Positions 8,629-18,304 of a DNA stretch of 32,000 nucleotides are shown here, in pieces. Below the pieces are notes generated by a model. It was not told the DNA's origin, did no database searches, and worked only from the letters and a program-made list of their open reading frames with translations. Positions within the stretch are counted from its first letter, which is position 1. Each line of letters begins with the position of its first letter. The position numbers and the translations under genes were made by a program. Source of the DNA: Nitrosomonas europaea (GTDB lineage: Bacteria > Pseudomonadota > Gammaproteobacteria > Burkholderiales > Nitrosomonadaceae); NCBI RefSeq assembly GCF_900167395.1, contig NZ_FUWK01000007.1, positions 30,001 through 62,000 on the forward strand, in the 5' to 3' direction.

Positions 8629-9261
8629 TTATTTCTTACCTGTAATCGTGAAGTAACTCGTCATGAGGTTCCGGTAGTTGGGAATGTGGTTGGAAAAGAG
8701 CTCGCCAAGACCTTCGATATCATTACGCCAGTCACGGTGCAGCTCACAGGCCATGGCAAACCAGTTGATCAACTGTACACCGGCTGCCTGCATTCGCAAC
8801 CAGGCGGTATGACGGGTTACTTCATTGAAAGTACCCGAGGCATCGGTGATGACGAATACTTCATAACCCTGCTCCAATGCTGATAGAGCTGGAAAAGCCA
8901 CACAGACTTCGGTAACGACGCCGGCGATGATGAGTTGTTTACGTCCGGTGTTCTTTACCGCATTGACGAAATCCTCATTATCCCAGGCATTAATGTTGCC
9001 AGGCCGGGCAATGTAGGGAGCATTCGGGAACATTTCTTTCAGTTCTGGTACGAGTGGCCCGTTCGGACCTTCTTCGAAGCTGGTAGTAAGGATAGTGGGT
9101 AATTTGAAATACTTGCCACATGCACCGACAGCCAGAACGTTGTTCTTGAACTCGCTCGGTCCAAAGTCCTGGACTAATGAGATCAGACCTGCCTGGTGGT
9201 CTACCAGTAACAGTGCTGCGTCATCTTTGGAAAGGCGGCTGTATTTGAATGGTTTGCTCAT
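8629..9261 (-). CDS. ycaC: Isochorismatase-family cysteine hydrolase, YcaC-like
   Basis: 210-aa ORF, colinear with E. coli YcaC as I recall it: DAALLLVDHQAGL, LPTILTTSFEEGPNGPLVPELK, ARPGNINAWDNEDF, IIAGVVTEVCVAFPAL, CELHRDWRNDIEGL, SNHIPNYRNLMTSY. A GGAGA SD lies about 9 nt upstream of the ATG. Confidence 0.9.
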   Translation of the reverse strand: MSKPFKYSRLSKDDAALLLVDHQAGLISLVQDFGPSEFKNNVLAVGACGKYFKLPTILTTSFEEGPNGPLVPELKEMFPNAPYIARPGNINAWDNEDFVNAVKNTGRKQLIIAGVVTEVCVAFPALSALEQGYEVFVITDASGTFNEVTRHTAWLRMQAAGVQLINWFAMACELHRDWRNDIEGLGELFSNHIPNYRNLMTSYFTITGKK

Positions 9262-9340
9262 GATTAAATTTCTCCGTAGTTGATGGTCCGAAATGAGTTA
9301 ATTCTGATTCCAACACCAGGGCAATATCTAGCCTGGCAGA

Positions 9341-10870
9341 TCAGTGTTGTTGCTGGGCAATCAAGGCCCGGTATTCGAGCGCCTGTTTGTCGCGCCCGAT
9401 GGCTGCAACGGCGACTGTTTTACCTCCTGTTTTGTAACTGATCAGACAGTCATACGCAGCCATATCGCCTTCGATTTCAAGTGTATCCCATGGTCCCGCG
9501 TAGCCGACGTAACGAATCGAGATGTCGTAATGAGCACTCCAGAAGAAGGGGACATCCTGAAAAGCTGTATTTGCTCCAAGCATGTTTTCCGCCGCTATCT
9601 GTCCATGCCGTTCGGCAAGTACCCAGTGTTCAATTCGTTGTGTTTTGCCACTGGCTTCATCGCGCCAGCGCGCGACATCGCCTGCTGCAAAGATGCCGGG
9701 TACGCTGGTTTCGAGGTACTCATTCACCAAGATACCGTTATCGACGGTGATACCGGCTGCTTCTGCCAGTGATACGCATGGTCTGACACCGACTCCGATG
9801 ATGACGAGATCGGCTGTAAGTTCTTTACCGTTGCTCAGTACGACTTTATGTGGCTCTATATGGGCAAGGGAGGTGCCCATGTGGAATTGCACGCCATGCT
9901 GTTCATGGAGACTGCGAATGAAATCACCTGGTTCAGAGCCGAGTATCTTTTCCAGCGGGTGTTTGTCCAGCGAAACCACGTGCACATCCAGCTCCCGTGC
10001 ACGCAAGGCTGCGGCCGCTTCCAGACCGATGAATCCGGATCCCAGTATGACTGCGGCTTTGGCATGCTTTGCCCGTTCGATGATGGCGCGGCTGTCGGCC
10101 AGGGTACGCAGCGTGAAGACATGACTTTGATTTGCTCCGGGGATCGGTAATCGTACCGGTTCGGCACCGGTTGCCAGCAGCAGACGATCAAACGGGAAGA
10201 TGCGGCCATCAGCAGTCGTGACAGTGTGTCCGGTGGTATTGATCTTTGTGACCGTCGTGTGAAGCTGAAGGTCGATACGGTTGCGCACATAGAAATCATC
10301 AGATTTCAGGGGAATCCATTCTTCCGGTGCATTACCGGCAAGATAATCTTTTGACAGATTGGGGCGGTCGCAGGGCGCATCGGAATCTTCGCTCAGCATG
10401 GTGAGTTGTCCCTGATAGCCGCGCCGGCGTAACATTTCTGCACAAGCAAAACCCGCAGCACCGCCACCGATGATGACGACATTAGCCGGCTGGTTTGCTG
10501 CCGCGACGGGTATGGATCTGGGTTTTGGCGTGATTTTGTCCCGCACCATGATCCGATCTCCATCACGCTCAACCTGCCAGCACGGTAAGGGATCGAATGC
10601 GGGAGCACCGAGGGCTTCACCGCTGCGTAGCGAGAAACAGGCATGGTGCCAGGGACAGCGTACCGTTTCGCCGACGACCAGTCCTTCCGTCAGAGGAGCA
10701 CCATAGTGTGTACAGGTTGCGCCCACGGCCGTTATTTCATCACCTATGCGGGCAAGAATGACCGGTTCGTCTCCTACATGCCCGCGCAGCAGCGGCTGAT
10801 TGCCAAAATCCGAGAGGGAAATACCTTGTGTCAGGTCGGGGCCTGCTTCTTCAGATAAGTATGAAGTCAT
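9341..10870 (-). CDS. Rieske [2Fe-2S] domain fused to an FAD/NAD(P)-dependent (ferredoxin-reductase/AIF-like) oxidoreductase
   Basis: 509-aa ORF. Rieske ligand motifs CTHYGAPL...CPWHHACF sit in the first ~100 aa. They are followed by dinucleotide-binding folds IIGGGAAG and ILGSGFIGLE, and then AAGDVA. A strong SD (AAGGAGGA) precedes the ATG at 10870. Confidence 0.85.
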   Translation of the reverse strand: MTSYLSEEAGPDLTQGISLSDFGNQPLLRGHVGDEPVILARIGDEITAVGATCTHYGAPLTEGLVVGETVRCPWHHACFSLRSGEALGAPAFDPLPCWQVERDGDRIMVRDKITPKPRSIPVAAANQPANVVIIGGGAAGFACAEMLRRRGYQGQLTMLSEDSDAPCDRPNLSKDYLAGNAPEEWIPLKSDDFYVRNRIDLQLHTTVTKINTTGHTVTTADGRIFPFDRLLLATGAEPVRLPIPGANQSHVFTLRTLADSRAIIERAKHAKAAVILGSGFIGLEAAAALRARELDVHVVSLDKHPLEKILGSEPGDFIRSLHEQHGVQFHMGTSLAHIEPHKVVLSNGKELTADLVIIGVGVRPCVSLAEAAGITVDNGILVNEYLETSVPGIFAAGDVARWRDEASGKTQRIEHWVLAERHGQIAAENMLGANTAFQDVPFFWSAHYDISIRYVGYAGPWDTLEIEGDMAAYDCLISYKTGGKTVAVAAIGRDKQALEYRALIAQQQH

Positions 10871-11116
10871 TGCGATCCTCCTTCTTGAAAGCGGTTACCG
10901 ATAGCACTACCTGTAACCGGCCGGCGTGGACAGCTGTGGTTCATATGCGAATGCCTGAAAGACCACAACTACTGCACAGCTATTCATAGCATAGCACGAG
11001 ATCATTTCATCCGCGGGGTATCACCATCGTATTTCCGGGGAGAATCAGTCTCGCAGCAGAACAGATTTGACGGCGGATTTATGATGAGCGGGTGGCAGTG
11101 ACTGGCGGGTTGTCAG

Positions 11117-11581
11117 TTAGATGCCACCCTCGAAACCGATTTGCCGCCAGGCTTCATAAATGATGACTGCTGCCGCATTGGAGAGATTCAGGCTGCGGGA
11201 GGCGGAAAGCATGGGAATGCGGATGCGCTGATCCTGCGGGAAGTTTTCCAGCACTTCGGCGGGTAATCCGCGCGTTTCGGAGCCGAACAGGAACACATCA
11301 TTGCCTGTATAAGCCACCTTGCCATGGTGATGAGTTGCACGGGTGGTGACAGCAAAGATGCGGCATCCATCCATGAGTTTCAGGCAGGATGCCAGATCTT
11401 CATGCACGGTGAGGCGGGCCCATTCATGGTAATCCAGCCCGGCGCGCCGCAGTTGTCGGTCACTCAGATCGAACCCCAGTGGCCGGATCAGATGCAGTTG
11501 TGCACCGGTGTTGGCGCACAGACGGATGATGTTGCCGGTATTGGGGGGGATTTCCGGTTGGTGGAGAATGATCTGGAGCAT
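11117..11581 (-). CDS. trmL: tRNA (cytidine/uridine-34 2'-O)-methyltransferase TrmL (SPOUT family)
   Basis: 154-aa ORF. The N-terminal [21 protein letters not shown] and the C-terminal [18 protein letters not shown] closely match E. coli TrmL/YibK as I recall it. It starts 12 nt after the comF stop. Confidence 0.9.
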   Translation of the reverse strand: MLQIILHQPEIPPNTGNIIRLCANTGAQLHLIRPLGFDLSDRQLRRAGLDYHEWARLTVHEDLASCLKLMDGCRIFAVTTRATHHHGKVAYTGNDVFLFGSETRGLPAEVLENFPQDQRIRIPMLSASRSLNLSNAAAVIIYEAWRQIGFEGGI

Positions 11582-11593
11582 ACGGGATTGATT

Positions 11594-12406
11594 TTAAGGC
11601 TTGATCGGTCGCTTGGTTTCGTCGTTCCCAGGGAGATCGGTTGCTCTTTTTGCGGCCGGGGCACCCGGAAATGCTCTTGCGATCACCCAGGCACGGACAT
11701 CGGTTGCTCCGTGGCGGCGTATGACCTTGGCCAGTTCATTCAGAGTGGCGCCGCTGGTCATGACATCATCCACGATGGCGACCCGTTTTCCGGAAAAATT
11801 CCGGTTACAGGTAAAGGCATTGCGAACATTCTGTGGACGGTTTTTCCACGGCAGCTCAGTTTGCGAGGGTGTGCTGCGGATGCGTGTACAGGCGGCGGAC
11901 AGCAACTCGACTCCTGTTTGTCTGCATAGATGACGGCTGATTTCGAGTGCCTGATTGAATCCTCTTTCTCGCAGTCTGGCCGGGTGGAGTGGCACCGGGA
12001 TGAGGTAATCAGGCAGAGGATCATCTCGGAATCTGCCCAGCAGCAAGCCGGCCAGTATCGGTGCCAGTGGCAGATCGGAGCGATATTTCAATGCCTGCAC
12101 CAGAGCATCTGCCGGAAAAGTGTAGCGCAAGGCGGCCCGGATATGGCTCCAGGCAGGTGGATTGCGCAGGCAGGTGCCACAAATTTCCGGTGAAGTCATT
12201 GGTAACAGGCAGGACGGACAGTGCACGGGGGGCAATCCGGGAAGATCCTGCAGGCAGGCATTGCAAATATCCTGATGATTGGGTGCCTGGCACAATACAC
12301 AGTGTTTATGGCTGAACAGTTGTGCAATATTTAATCGCCTGTTTAATATTGGAGAGGAAGAAATTGACAATTCGGGTGTTATCCGTAATGATTTCGCACT
12401 ATTCAT
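11594..12406 (-). CDS. comF: ComF-family phosphoribosyltransferase-like protein
   Basis: The N-terminal region is Cys-rich (CVLCQ...CNAC...CPSC...CGTC) and the C-terminal region carries a PRTase motif ([14 protein letters not shown]). The ORF track extends to 12496. I placed the start at the ATG at 12406 (M31), because starts at 12496 or 12442 would overlap the bioB start. The start is uncertain. Confidence 0.7.
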   Translation of the reverse strand: MNSAKSLRITPELSISSSPILNRRLNIAQLFSHKHCVLCQAPNHQDICNACLQDLPGLPPVHCPSCLLPMTSPEICGTCLRNPPAWSHIRAALRYTFPADALVQALKYRSDLPLAPILAGLLLGRFRDDPLPDYLIPVPLHPARLRERGFNQALEISRHLCRQTGVELLSAACTRIRSTPSQTELPWKNRPQNVRNAFTCNRNFSGKRVAIVDDVMTSGATLNELAKVIRRHGATDVRAWVIARAFPGAPAAKRATDLPGNDETKRPIKP

Positions 12407-12434
12407 TATAACTTGGAGCAGGCTCTCGCCGAGA

Positions 12435-13454
12435 ATGATCATGGAATCCGCAACCAGTTTGATTTCTGAAAAACAGTGCGAATGTGCACATCCCAACTCT
12501 GATTCGGCAGTACAGGGGTCATCATTGCGCTGGTCGATCGCAGCGATCGAATCGCTGCTGGATCTGCCATTTTCTGATCTGATTTTTCAGGCACAGACAG
12601 TGCATCGCCAGTATCACGATGCTAATGCCGTGCAACTGTCCACGCTGATTTCCGTAAAAACCGGTGGATGTTCAGAGGATTGTGCCTATTGTCCGCAGGC
12701 GGCGCGTTACCACACCGGGGTGGAGAATCAGGCGATTCTGTCGCGTGAGGAAGTCGTGGCGGCAGCCACTCAGGCCAAGGAAAGCGGTGCCACCCGTTTC
12801 TGTATGGGGGCGGCATGGCGCGGACCGAAGCAGCGCGATATCGAGTACATGACCGAAGTCATCAGTGCAGTCAAGGCATTGGGGATGGAGACCTGTGCCA
12901 CACTGGGCATTCTGAAGCCAGGTCAGGCTACTCAGCTCAAACAGGCTGGACTGGATTACTATAATCACAATCTCGATACTGCCCCCGAGTTTTATGGCGA
13001 AATCATTACCACGCGTGAATATCAGGATCGGCTGGATACACTGGAGGAAGTGCGTGGCGCCAATATCAACGTGTGTTGTGGCGGTATCGTCGGCCTGGGG
13101 GAATCTCGCATGGCCCGGGCAGGATTGATTGCACAACTGGCCAATCTCGATCCTTATCCTGAATCGGTGCCGATCAATTATCTGGTTCAGGTAGAGGGTA
13201 CACCCTTGTACGGCACGCCTGAGCTCGATCCATTCGAATTCGTCCGTACCATTGCGGCAGCGCGTATTACCATGCCCAAAGCGATGGTCAGACTTTCCGC
13301 CGGCCGCCGGCAAATGCCGGAAGCCATCCAGGCACTGTGTTTTCTGGCGGGTGCCAATTCCATCTTCTACGGCGATAAACTGCTGACGACGGGTAACCCG
13401 GATACGGAAAAAGATCTGGCGTTGTTTGAAAAACTGGGGCTGCATGCATTGTAG
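12435..13454 (+). CDS. bioB: Biotin synthase (radical SAM)
   Basis: Contains the radical-SAM motif [10 protein letters not shown] and is colinear with E. coli BioB ([14 protein letters not shown]...[11 protein letters not shown]...). I set the start at the ATG at 12435 (M53 of the TTG-initiated ORF in the track). 12441 is an alternative. Confidence 0.93.
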   Translation: MIMESATSLISEKQCECAHPNSDSAVQGSSLRWSIAAIESLLDLPFSDLIFQAQTVHRQYHDANAVQLSTLISVKTGGCSEDCAYCPQAARYHTGVENQAILSREEVVAAATQAKESGATRFCMGAAWRGPKQRDIEYMTEVISAVKALGMETCATLGILKPGQATQLKQAGLDYYNHNLDTAPEFYGEIITTREYQDRLDTLEEVRGANINVCCGGIVGLGESRMARAGLIAQLANLDPYPESVPINYLVQVEGTPLYGTPELDPFEFVRTIAAARITMPKAMVRLSAGRRQMPEAIQALCFLAGANSIFYGDKLLTTGNPDTEKDLALFEKLGLHAL

Positions 13455-13459
13455 TCGGT

Positions 13460-14638
13460 GTGCAGGGTAGTCGTATGTTGGCGGATCTGAGCGAAGCGTT
13501 ACGGGAGCGCCAGCAGGAAGGGCTGTACCGTTCACGTCCGGTGCTGGAAGGGCCACAATCTCCACATGTCACTATCGATGGCAGGGATTTTCTGGCTTTT
13601 TGCAGTAACGATTATCTGGGGTTGGCCAATCACCCGGCCTTGATCGAAGCTGCAGCGGAAGGTGCGCGGTGTTATGGCGTCGGCTCGGGCGCTTCTCACC
13701 TGATCAGCGGTCATTTTCGTGCACATCATGAACTGGAGGAAGCGCTGGCGGCATTTGTCGGGCTACCGCGCACCTTGCTGTTTTCCACCGGATACATGGC
13801 CAATATGGCAGTGGTGACTGCGCTGGCAGGCCGGGGAGATGCGATCTTTGCAGATCGCCTCAATCATGCTTCACTCAATGATGCTGCTTTGCTTTCTCGT
13901 GCTCGTTTCATTCGTTACCCGCATCTCGATCTCGATACCCTGGCACGGCAGCTGGAAACGACGAAAGCCCGGCGCCGGCTGGTCGTCACCGATGCGGTAT
14001 TCAGTATGGATGGTGATATGGCACCGGTTGCCGAGCTGCTGACATTGTGTCAGCGCTTTGATGCCTGGCTGCTGCTGGATGATGCGCATGGATTCGGTGT
14101 GCTCGGGGAACGGGGTAAGGGCAGTCTGTATCATTCGCAAAGAATAGAACGGGATACACCCTATCTGATTTACATGGCAACGTTGGGCAAGGCGGCGGGG
14201 GTATCCGGTGCTTTCGTAGCGGCACAAGCACCTGTCGTTGAAACACTCATCCAGCATGGCCGCACCTATGGCTATACTACGGCAGCACCACCTTTGCTGG
14301 CGCACACCTTACTGACCAGCCTGCAACTGATCAGTCAGGAGAGTTGGCGGCGGGAACGACTTGCTTTGCTGATCGAGCGATTGCGGCAGAGGTTGCACTC
14401 CCTTCCCTGGCCATTGCTGCTGTCTGAAACCCCGATACAGCCATTGCTGGTGGGCGAAAGTCAGGAAGCCGTTCGGCTGGATCTGGCGTTGCGTGAGCGT
14501 GGTATCTGGGTGCCAGCTATTCGTCCGCCGACCGTACCACAAGGCATGGCACGATTACGCATCAGTTTGTCTGCTGTGCATACTGAGGCGGATGTCGATC
14601 GATTGGGTGCAGCTTTGCGTGATCTGGCCCAGTGTTGA
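13460..14638 (+). CDS. bioF: 8-amino-7-oxononanoate synthase (PLP-dependent)
   Basis: Colinear with E. coli BioF: FCSNDYLGL, SGHFRAHHELEEALA, VFSMDGDMAP, LDDAHGFGVLG, PLP-lysine context TLGKAAGVSGA, and IRPPTVPQGMARLRISL. The start is GTG at 13460 or ATG at 13475. Confidence 0.93.
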   Translation: MQGSRMLADLSEALRERQQEGLYRSRPVLEGPQSPHVTIDGRDFLAFCSNDYLGLANHPALIEAAAEGARCYGVGSGASHLISGHFRAHHELEEALAAFVGLPRTLLFSTGYMANMAVVTALAGRGDAIFADRLNHASLNDAALLSRARFIRYPHLDLDTLARQLETTKARRRLVVTDAVFSMDGDMAPVAELLTLCQRFDAWLLLDDAHGFGVLGERGKGSLYHSQRIERDTPYLIYMATLGKAAGVSGAFVAAQAPVVETLIQHGRTYGYTTAAPPLLAHTLLTSLQLISQESWRRERLALLIERLRQRLHSLPWPLLLSETPIQPLLVGESQEAVRLDLALRERGIWVPAIRPPTVPQGMARLRISLSAVHTEADVDRLGAALRDLAQC

Positions 14639-14639
14639 C

Positions 14640-15398
14640 ATGGCCTCGATACATATCGAGACGACTGGAAATGGTCCTGATCTGGTGATGTTGCATGGCT
14701 GGGCCATGCACAGCGGTGTATGGGATGGCGTGGTGGAATCGTTATCGCAGCGTTTCCGGCTGCATCAGGTCGATCTGCCCGGGCATGGTGCCAGCCGTGA
14801 TTGTGCGCTGGATTCACTGGATCAGATGACCGAAGTGATTGCGGACCGTTTGCCCGGTCGTTATAGCGTGTGTGGCTGGTCGCTCGGCGGTCAGGTAGCG
14901 ATCAGGCTGGCATTGCAGGCGCCGGAACGTGTCCAGCAACTGGTACTGGTTGCCAGTACCCCCTGTTTTGTCAGGCGCGCGGACTGGCCATGGGGAATGG
15001 AAGATTCCACCCTGACGCTGTTCATGGAAAATCTGGCGCGCGATTATACCCAGACGCTCAACCGTTTTCTGACTCTGCAAGTCAGCGGCAGTGAGGATCA
15101 AGCCCGGGTACTGGCATGGTTGCGTAAGAGTATTCTGCGTGGCCAGCCGCCAACGCCGGCAACACTTCAGGCAGGATTGAAAATTTTGCAGACCAGTGAT
15201 TTGAGGGCTGAATTGAATCAGGTCAGTCAGCCTGTACTGCTGATCCACGGCCGGAACGATGTTATCACCCCGGCCGGCGCAGCAGACTGGATGCAGCAAC
15301 ATTTACCCCGGGCGCGGCTGGTGCTGTTTCCCCATTGCGGCCATGCGCCGTTTCTTTCTTTTCCTGAGCAATTCGTGAGTTGTTTCGATGCATTATGA
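14640..15398 (+). CDS. bioH: Pimeloyl-ACP methyl ester carboxylesterase (alpha/beta hydrolase)
   Basis: Contains LVMLHGW, the nucleophile elbow GWSLGG, and the C-terminal HCGHAPF. It lies between bioF and bioC. The ATG at 14640 is 1 nt after the bioF stop. The track's 14493 start would overlap bioF by ~146 nt. Confidence 0.85.
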   Translation: MASIHIETTGNGPDLVMLHGWAMHSGVWDGVVESLSQRFRLHQVDLPGHGASRDCALDSLDQMTEVIADRLPGRYSVCGWSLGGQVAIRLALQAPERVQQLVLVASTPCFVRRADWPWGMEDSTLTLFMENLARDYTQTLNRFLTLQVSGSEDQARVLAWLRKSILRGQPPTPATLQAGLKILQTSDLRAELNQVSQPVLLIHGRNDVITPAGAADWMQQHLPRARLVLFPHCGHAPFLSFPEQFVSCFDAL

Positions 15399-16284
15399 TC
15401 ATGTACTCGACAAGCGTATGCTGCGTCGATCGTTCGAACAGGCGGCAGCCGGTTATGACCAGTCTGCTGTGTTGCAGCGGGAAATATGTGACCGCATGCT
15501 GTCCCGTCTGGAATACATCAAATATGTTCCCGCCAGAATACTCGATGCGGGCAGCGGAACCGGTTATGGCACGCGCAAGCTGATCGAACGCTATCCTGCG
15601 GCAGAAATCATGCCGATGGATATTGCGCTGACGATGCATCGCTGTGCGCGCATGGCGATCTCGGAGCAAATACCAGGATGGCAGCGCTGGCTGCCATTCA
15701 GGCGCCACTGGCCCAGAGATTATATTTGTGCGGATATCGAACAGTTACCTCTGGGCGAAGCCAGTATCGGGATGATCTGGTCCAATCTGGCGATCCAGTG
15801 GTGTAATGATCTCAGGCAGACATTCGCGGAAGCCTATCGTGTGCTGGAGAACGGCGGCCTGCTGATGTTCAGCACATTCGGACCAGATACATTGAAGGAA
15901 TTGCGGCAGGCTTTCAAGTCAGCGGATTCGTTCAGCCACGTCAATCGGTTTACGGATATGCACGATATCGGTGACATGCTGGTGAATTGTGGCTTTTCAT
16001 TACCAGTCATGGATATGGAATACATCACGCTGACTTATGAGGATGTCAGGGGGGTGATGCAGGATCTCAAGGCAATCGGTGCTCGCAACGTGACACAAGG
16101 GCGCAGGCGCGGATTGACCGGCAAAGCGGCATGGCAGCAAGTAATCGAGCGGTATGAGGCGCTGCGTCAGGATGGAAGGCTGCCGGCCACGTATGAAGTG
16201 GTGTATGGCCATGCCTGGAAACCGGAATCGCGCCAGGTTCAGTTGAAGCCGGAGACACGGCGCAAGCTTGGTCTGGAGCCATAA
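15388..16284 (+). CDS. bioC: Malonyl-ACP O-methyltransferase
   Basis: The SAM motif I LDAGSGTGYGT follows YDQSAVLQREI, matching the E. coli BioC pattern YEQHADLQRQ. Operon context supports the call. It overlaps bioH by 11 nt. An alternative start is M11. Confidence 0.85.
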   Translation: MHYDHVLDKRMLRRSFEQAAAGYDQSAVLQREICDRMLSRLEYIKYVPARILDAGSGTGYGTRKLIERYPAAEIMPMDIALTMHRCARMAISEQIPGWQRWLPFRRHWPRDYICADIEQLPLGEASIGMIWSNLAIQWCNDLRQTFAEAYRVLENGGLLMFSTFGPDTLKELRQAFKSADSFSHVNRFTDMHDIGDMLVNCGFSLPVMDMEYITLTYEDVRGVMQDLKAIGARNVTQGRRRGLTGKAAWQQVIERYEALRQDGRLPATYEVVYGHAWKPESRQVQLKPETRRKLGLEP

Positions 16285-16970
16285 TGGCACCCGCCGGATT
16301 GTTTGTCACCGGCACCGATACCGGAATCGGTAAAACTGTAGTGAGCTGTGCCCTGCTGCACGCTTTCTCGGCTGAAGGCCATACGGTGATCGGAATGAAA
16401 CCAGTGGCGGCAGGCTGTGAAAACGGGCAATGGCAGGATGTGGAAAATCTGAAGAAAGCCAGCAATGTCAGCATGCCGCAATCACTGATCAATCCCTATG
16501 CCTTTGTGGAACCGGTTGCGCCGCATATCGCTGCTCGACAGGCAGGCATCGTTATCGACCTGAGGGTGATTCGGCAGGCCTGTGAACAGCTGCAGGCGGC
16601 AGCAGAGGTAACGATAGTCGAAGGTATCGGAGGTTTTCGGGTGCCGCTGTCATCATCAGGTACACCGAATGGCCGCTATGACACCAGCGATCTCGCCAGA
16701 GTGCTGGGGTTGCCGGTAATTCTGGTGGTGGGTATGCGGCTGGGTTGTCTCAATCATGCATTGCTGACAGCCCGTGCGGTTGAATCAGCCGGATTGAAAC
16801 TGGCGGGTTGGGTAGCGAATACCATCGACCCGGAAATGCTGCAACCGGCGGCAAATCTGCAGACACTGACTGAATGGCTCGACTGCCCGTTGCTGGGTGT
16901 TCTGCCGTTTCAGGAACAGCTCGACGTGCAGCAGCTTGCCGGGCTGATCGATCTGTCCCGACTGGAATGA
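16284..16970 (+). CDS. bioD: Dethiobiotin synthetase
   Basis: Contains the P-loop FVTGTDTGIGKT. The ATG overlaps the bioC stop (TAATG). It is the last gene of the bio operon. Confidence 0.9.
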   Translation: MAPAGLFVTGTDTGIGKTVVSCALLHAFSAEGHTVIGMKPVAAGCENGQWQDVENLKKASNVSMPQSLINPYAFVEPVAPHIAARQAGIVIDLRVIRQACEQLQAAAEVTIVEGIGGFRVPLSSSGTPNGRYDTSDLARVLGLPVILVVGMRLGCLNHALLTARAVESAGLKLAGWVANTIDPEMLQPAANLQTLTEWLDCPLLGVLPFQEQLDVQQLAGLIDLSRLE

Positions 16971-17007
16971 AGCCGGTATCGAAACAGGATCTGAAGCGTG
17001 GCCTGAT

Positions 17008-17958
17008 TTACAGTATCAGTTTGAGTTTCTCGGTGGCCTTGACGAGTTCGATCAGGATGCCGGGTTCCCAGGCCGAATGGCCGGCGTCATTGACTACGAT
17101 ATAGTCGGCCTGCGGCCAGGCCAGGTGCAGATCATGTGCGCTGACGATCGGACAAACGGCATCGTAACGCCCCTGGACAATGACACCAGGCAGATGATGG
17201 ATCTTATGTACATTTTCGAGCAGGCTGTTTTCCGGCAGAAAGATATTATTTCTGAAGTAATGGGCTTCTATCTTTGCCAAGCCGAGCGCAACTGTGTCAC
17301 TGGTGAAATAATCGACTGTGTCAGGATTGGGCAGCAGGGTTGAGCAACTTCCTTCGTAGCGCCCCCACGCTTTCGCCGCTGGCATGTGGACAGCGGGATC
17401 GGGATCCATCAGTAAACGGTAGTAAGAAGAAAGAATGTCGCATTGTTCGATCGGTGAGAGGCGGGCGACAAATTCGCGCCAGACTTCGGGAAAAAAATTG
17501 CGCAAGCCGTACAGGAACCAGTTGATTTCACCGGGCCGACAAAGAAAGATGCCGCGCAGGATGAATCCCAGACAGCGATCAGGATGAGCTTCGCCATAGG
17601 CAAGTGCCAGTGTGCTGCCCCAGGAGCCGCCAAAGATCAGCCATCGTTCGATACCGAGGTGCTGCCGCAAGGTTTCGATATCTTCGATGAGCAGCGGAGT
17701 AGTGTTGTCTCTGGTTTCACCCAGCGGTAGCGAACGTCCGGCGCCACGCTGATCGAAAATGACGATCCGGTAACGGGCAGGATCAAAGAAACGCCGATGG
17801 GCAGGTGTGGCACCCGCCCCCGGCCCGCCGTGCAGGAATAAGACGGGGATGCCGTTCTGATTGCCTGATTGTTCCCAGTACATGGTGTGAGTGTCATCCA
17901 GCGGAAGCATGCCGTGATCATGAGGTTCGACTGGGGGAAAAAGCCCGGTATGTGTCAT
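17008..17958 (-). CDS. pip: Prolyl aminopeptidase (proline iminopeptidase)
   Basis: Contains YWEQSGNQNGIPVLFLHGGPGAG, the nucleophile elbow GGSWGSTLALAY, and a C-terminal HSAWEPG. I placed the start at M20 (17958), giving 316 aa, which is typical for the family. Confidence 0.9.
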   Translation of the reverse strand: MTHTGLFPPVEPHDHGMLPLDDTHTMYWEQSGNQNGIPVLFLHGGPGAGATPAHRRFFDPARYRIVIFDQRGAGRSLPLGETRDNTTPLLIEDIETLRQHLGIERWLIFGGSWGSTLALAYGEAHPDRCLGFILRGIFLCRPGEINWFLYGLRNFFPEVWREFVARLSPIEQCDILSSYYRLLMDPDPAVHMPAAKAWGRYEGSCSTLLPNPDTVDYFTSDTVALGLAKIEAHYFRNNIFLPENSLLENVHKIHHLPGVIVQGRYDAVCPIVSAHDLHLAWPQADYIVVNDAGHSAWEPGILIELVKATEKLKLIL

Positions 17959-18134
17959 GGTATGTTGTACAGGTTTGTTATAAAGGAAGCACAGATTATG
18001 GTTGTGTAATGGCATTTTAGCACTGTGGTATGTCAGGATTGTATCCGGTAGTTTGGCTGGATGATTGCTGTTAACCAGGTCTGATGCTGCCAGTCGAATG
18101 AAAATGGGCTCGCAGAGGTGAGAATACTGTATAG

Positions 18135-18168
18135 TCGCGCGGGTAGCGCGATGCCGATGTAATCGGCA
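18135..18168. repeat. Two abutting hairpins (6-bp stem, 5-nt loop each) in the pip/patatin intergenic region
   Basis: TCGCGC-gggta-GCGCGA (18135-18151) is immediately followed by TGCCGA-tgtaa-TCGGCA (18152-18168). Coordinates are anchored on the 18033..18467 minus-strand ORF translation. Confidence 0.6.
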
Positions 18169-18304
18169 GTGATCAGGCCAGGTAGTTTGCAGGAATTTCG
18201 TACTGCGTGTGTTGTCTGCTGGACAGAAACTTGAAAAGATAAAACAGGAGCAGAAGGATTGATGCTGGTAAAAACCGGGATAAGGTAAATTGCCTGTGGA
18301 CGAA

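Noticed and set aside
14493-14639. Upstream extension of bioH. Likewise 12279-12434 for bioB, 12407-12496 for comF, 17959-18015 for pip, and 20263-20280 for usp.
   Set aside because: The extensions overlap the neighbouring gene or lack homology to the family N-terminus. Internal ATGs give lengths and N-termini that match the families.
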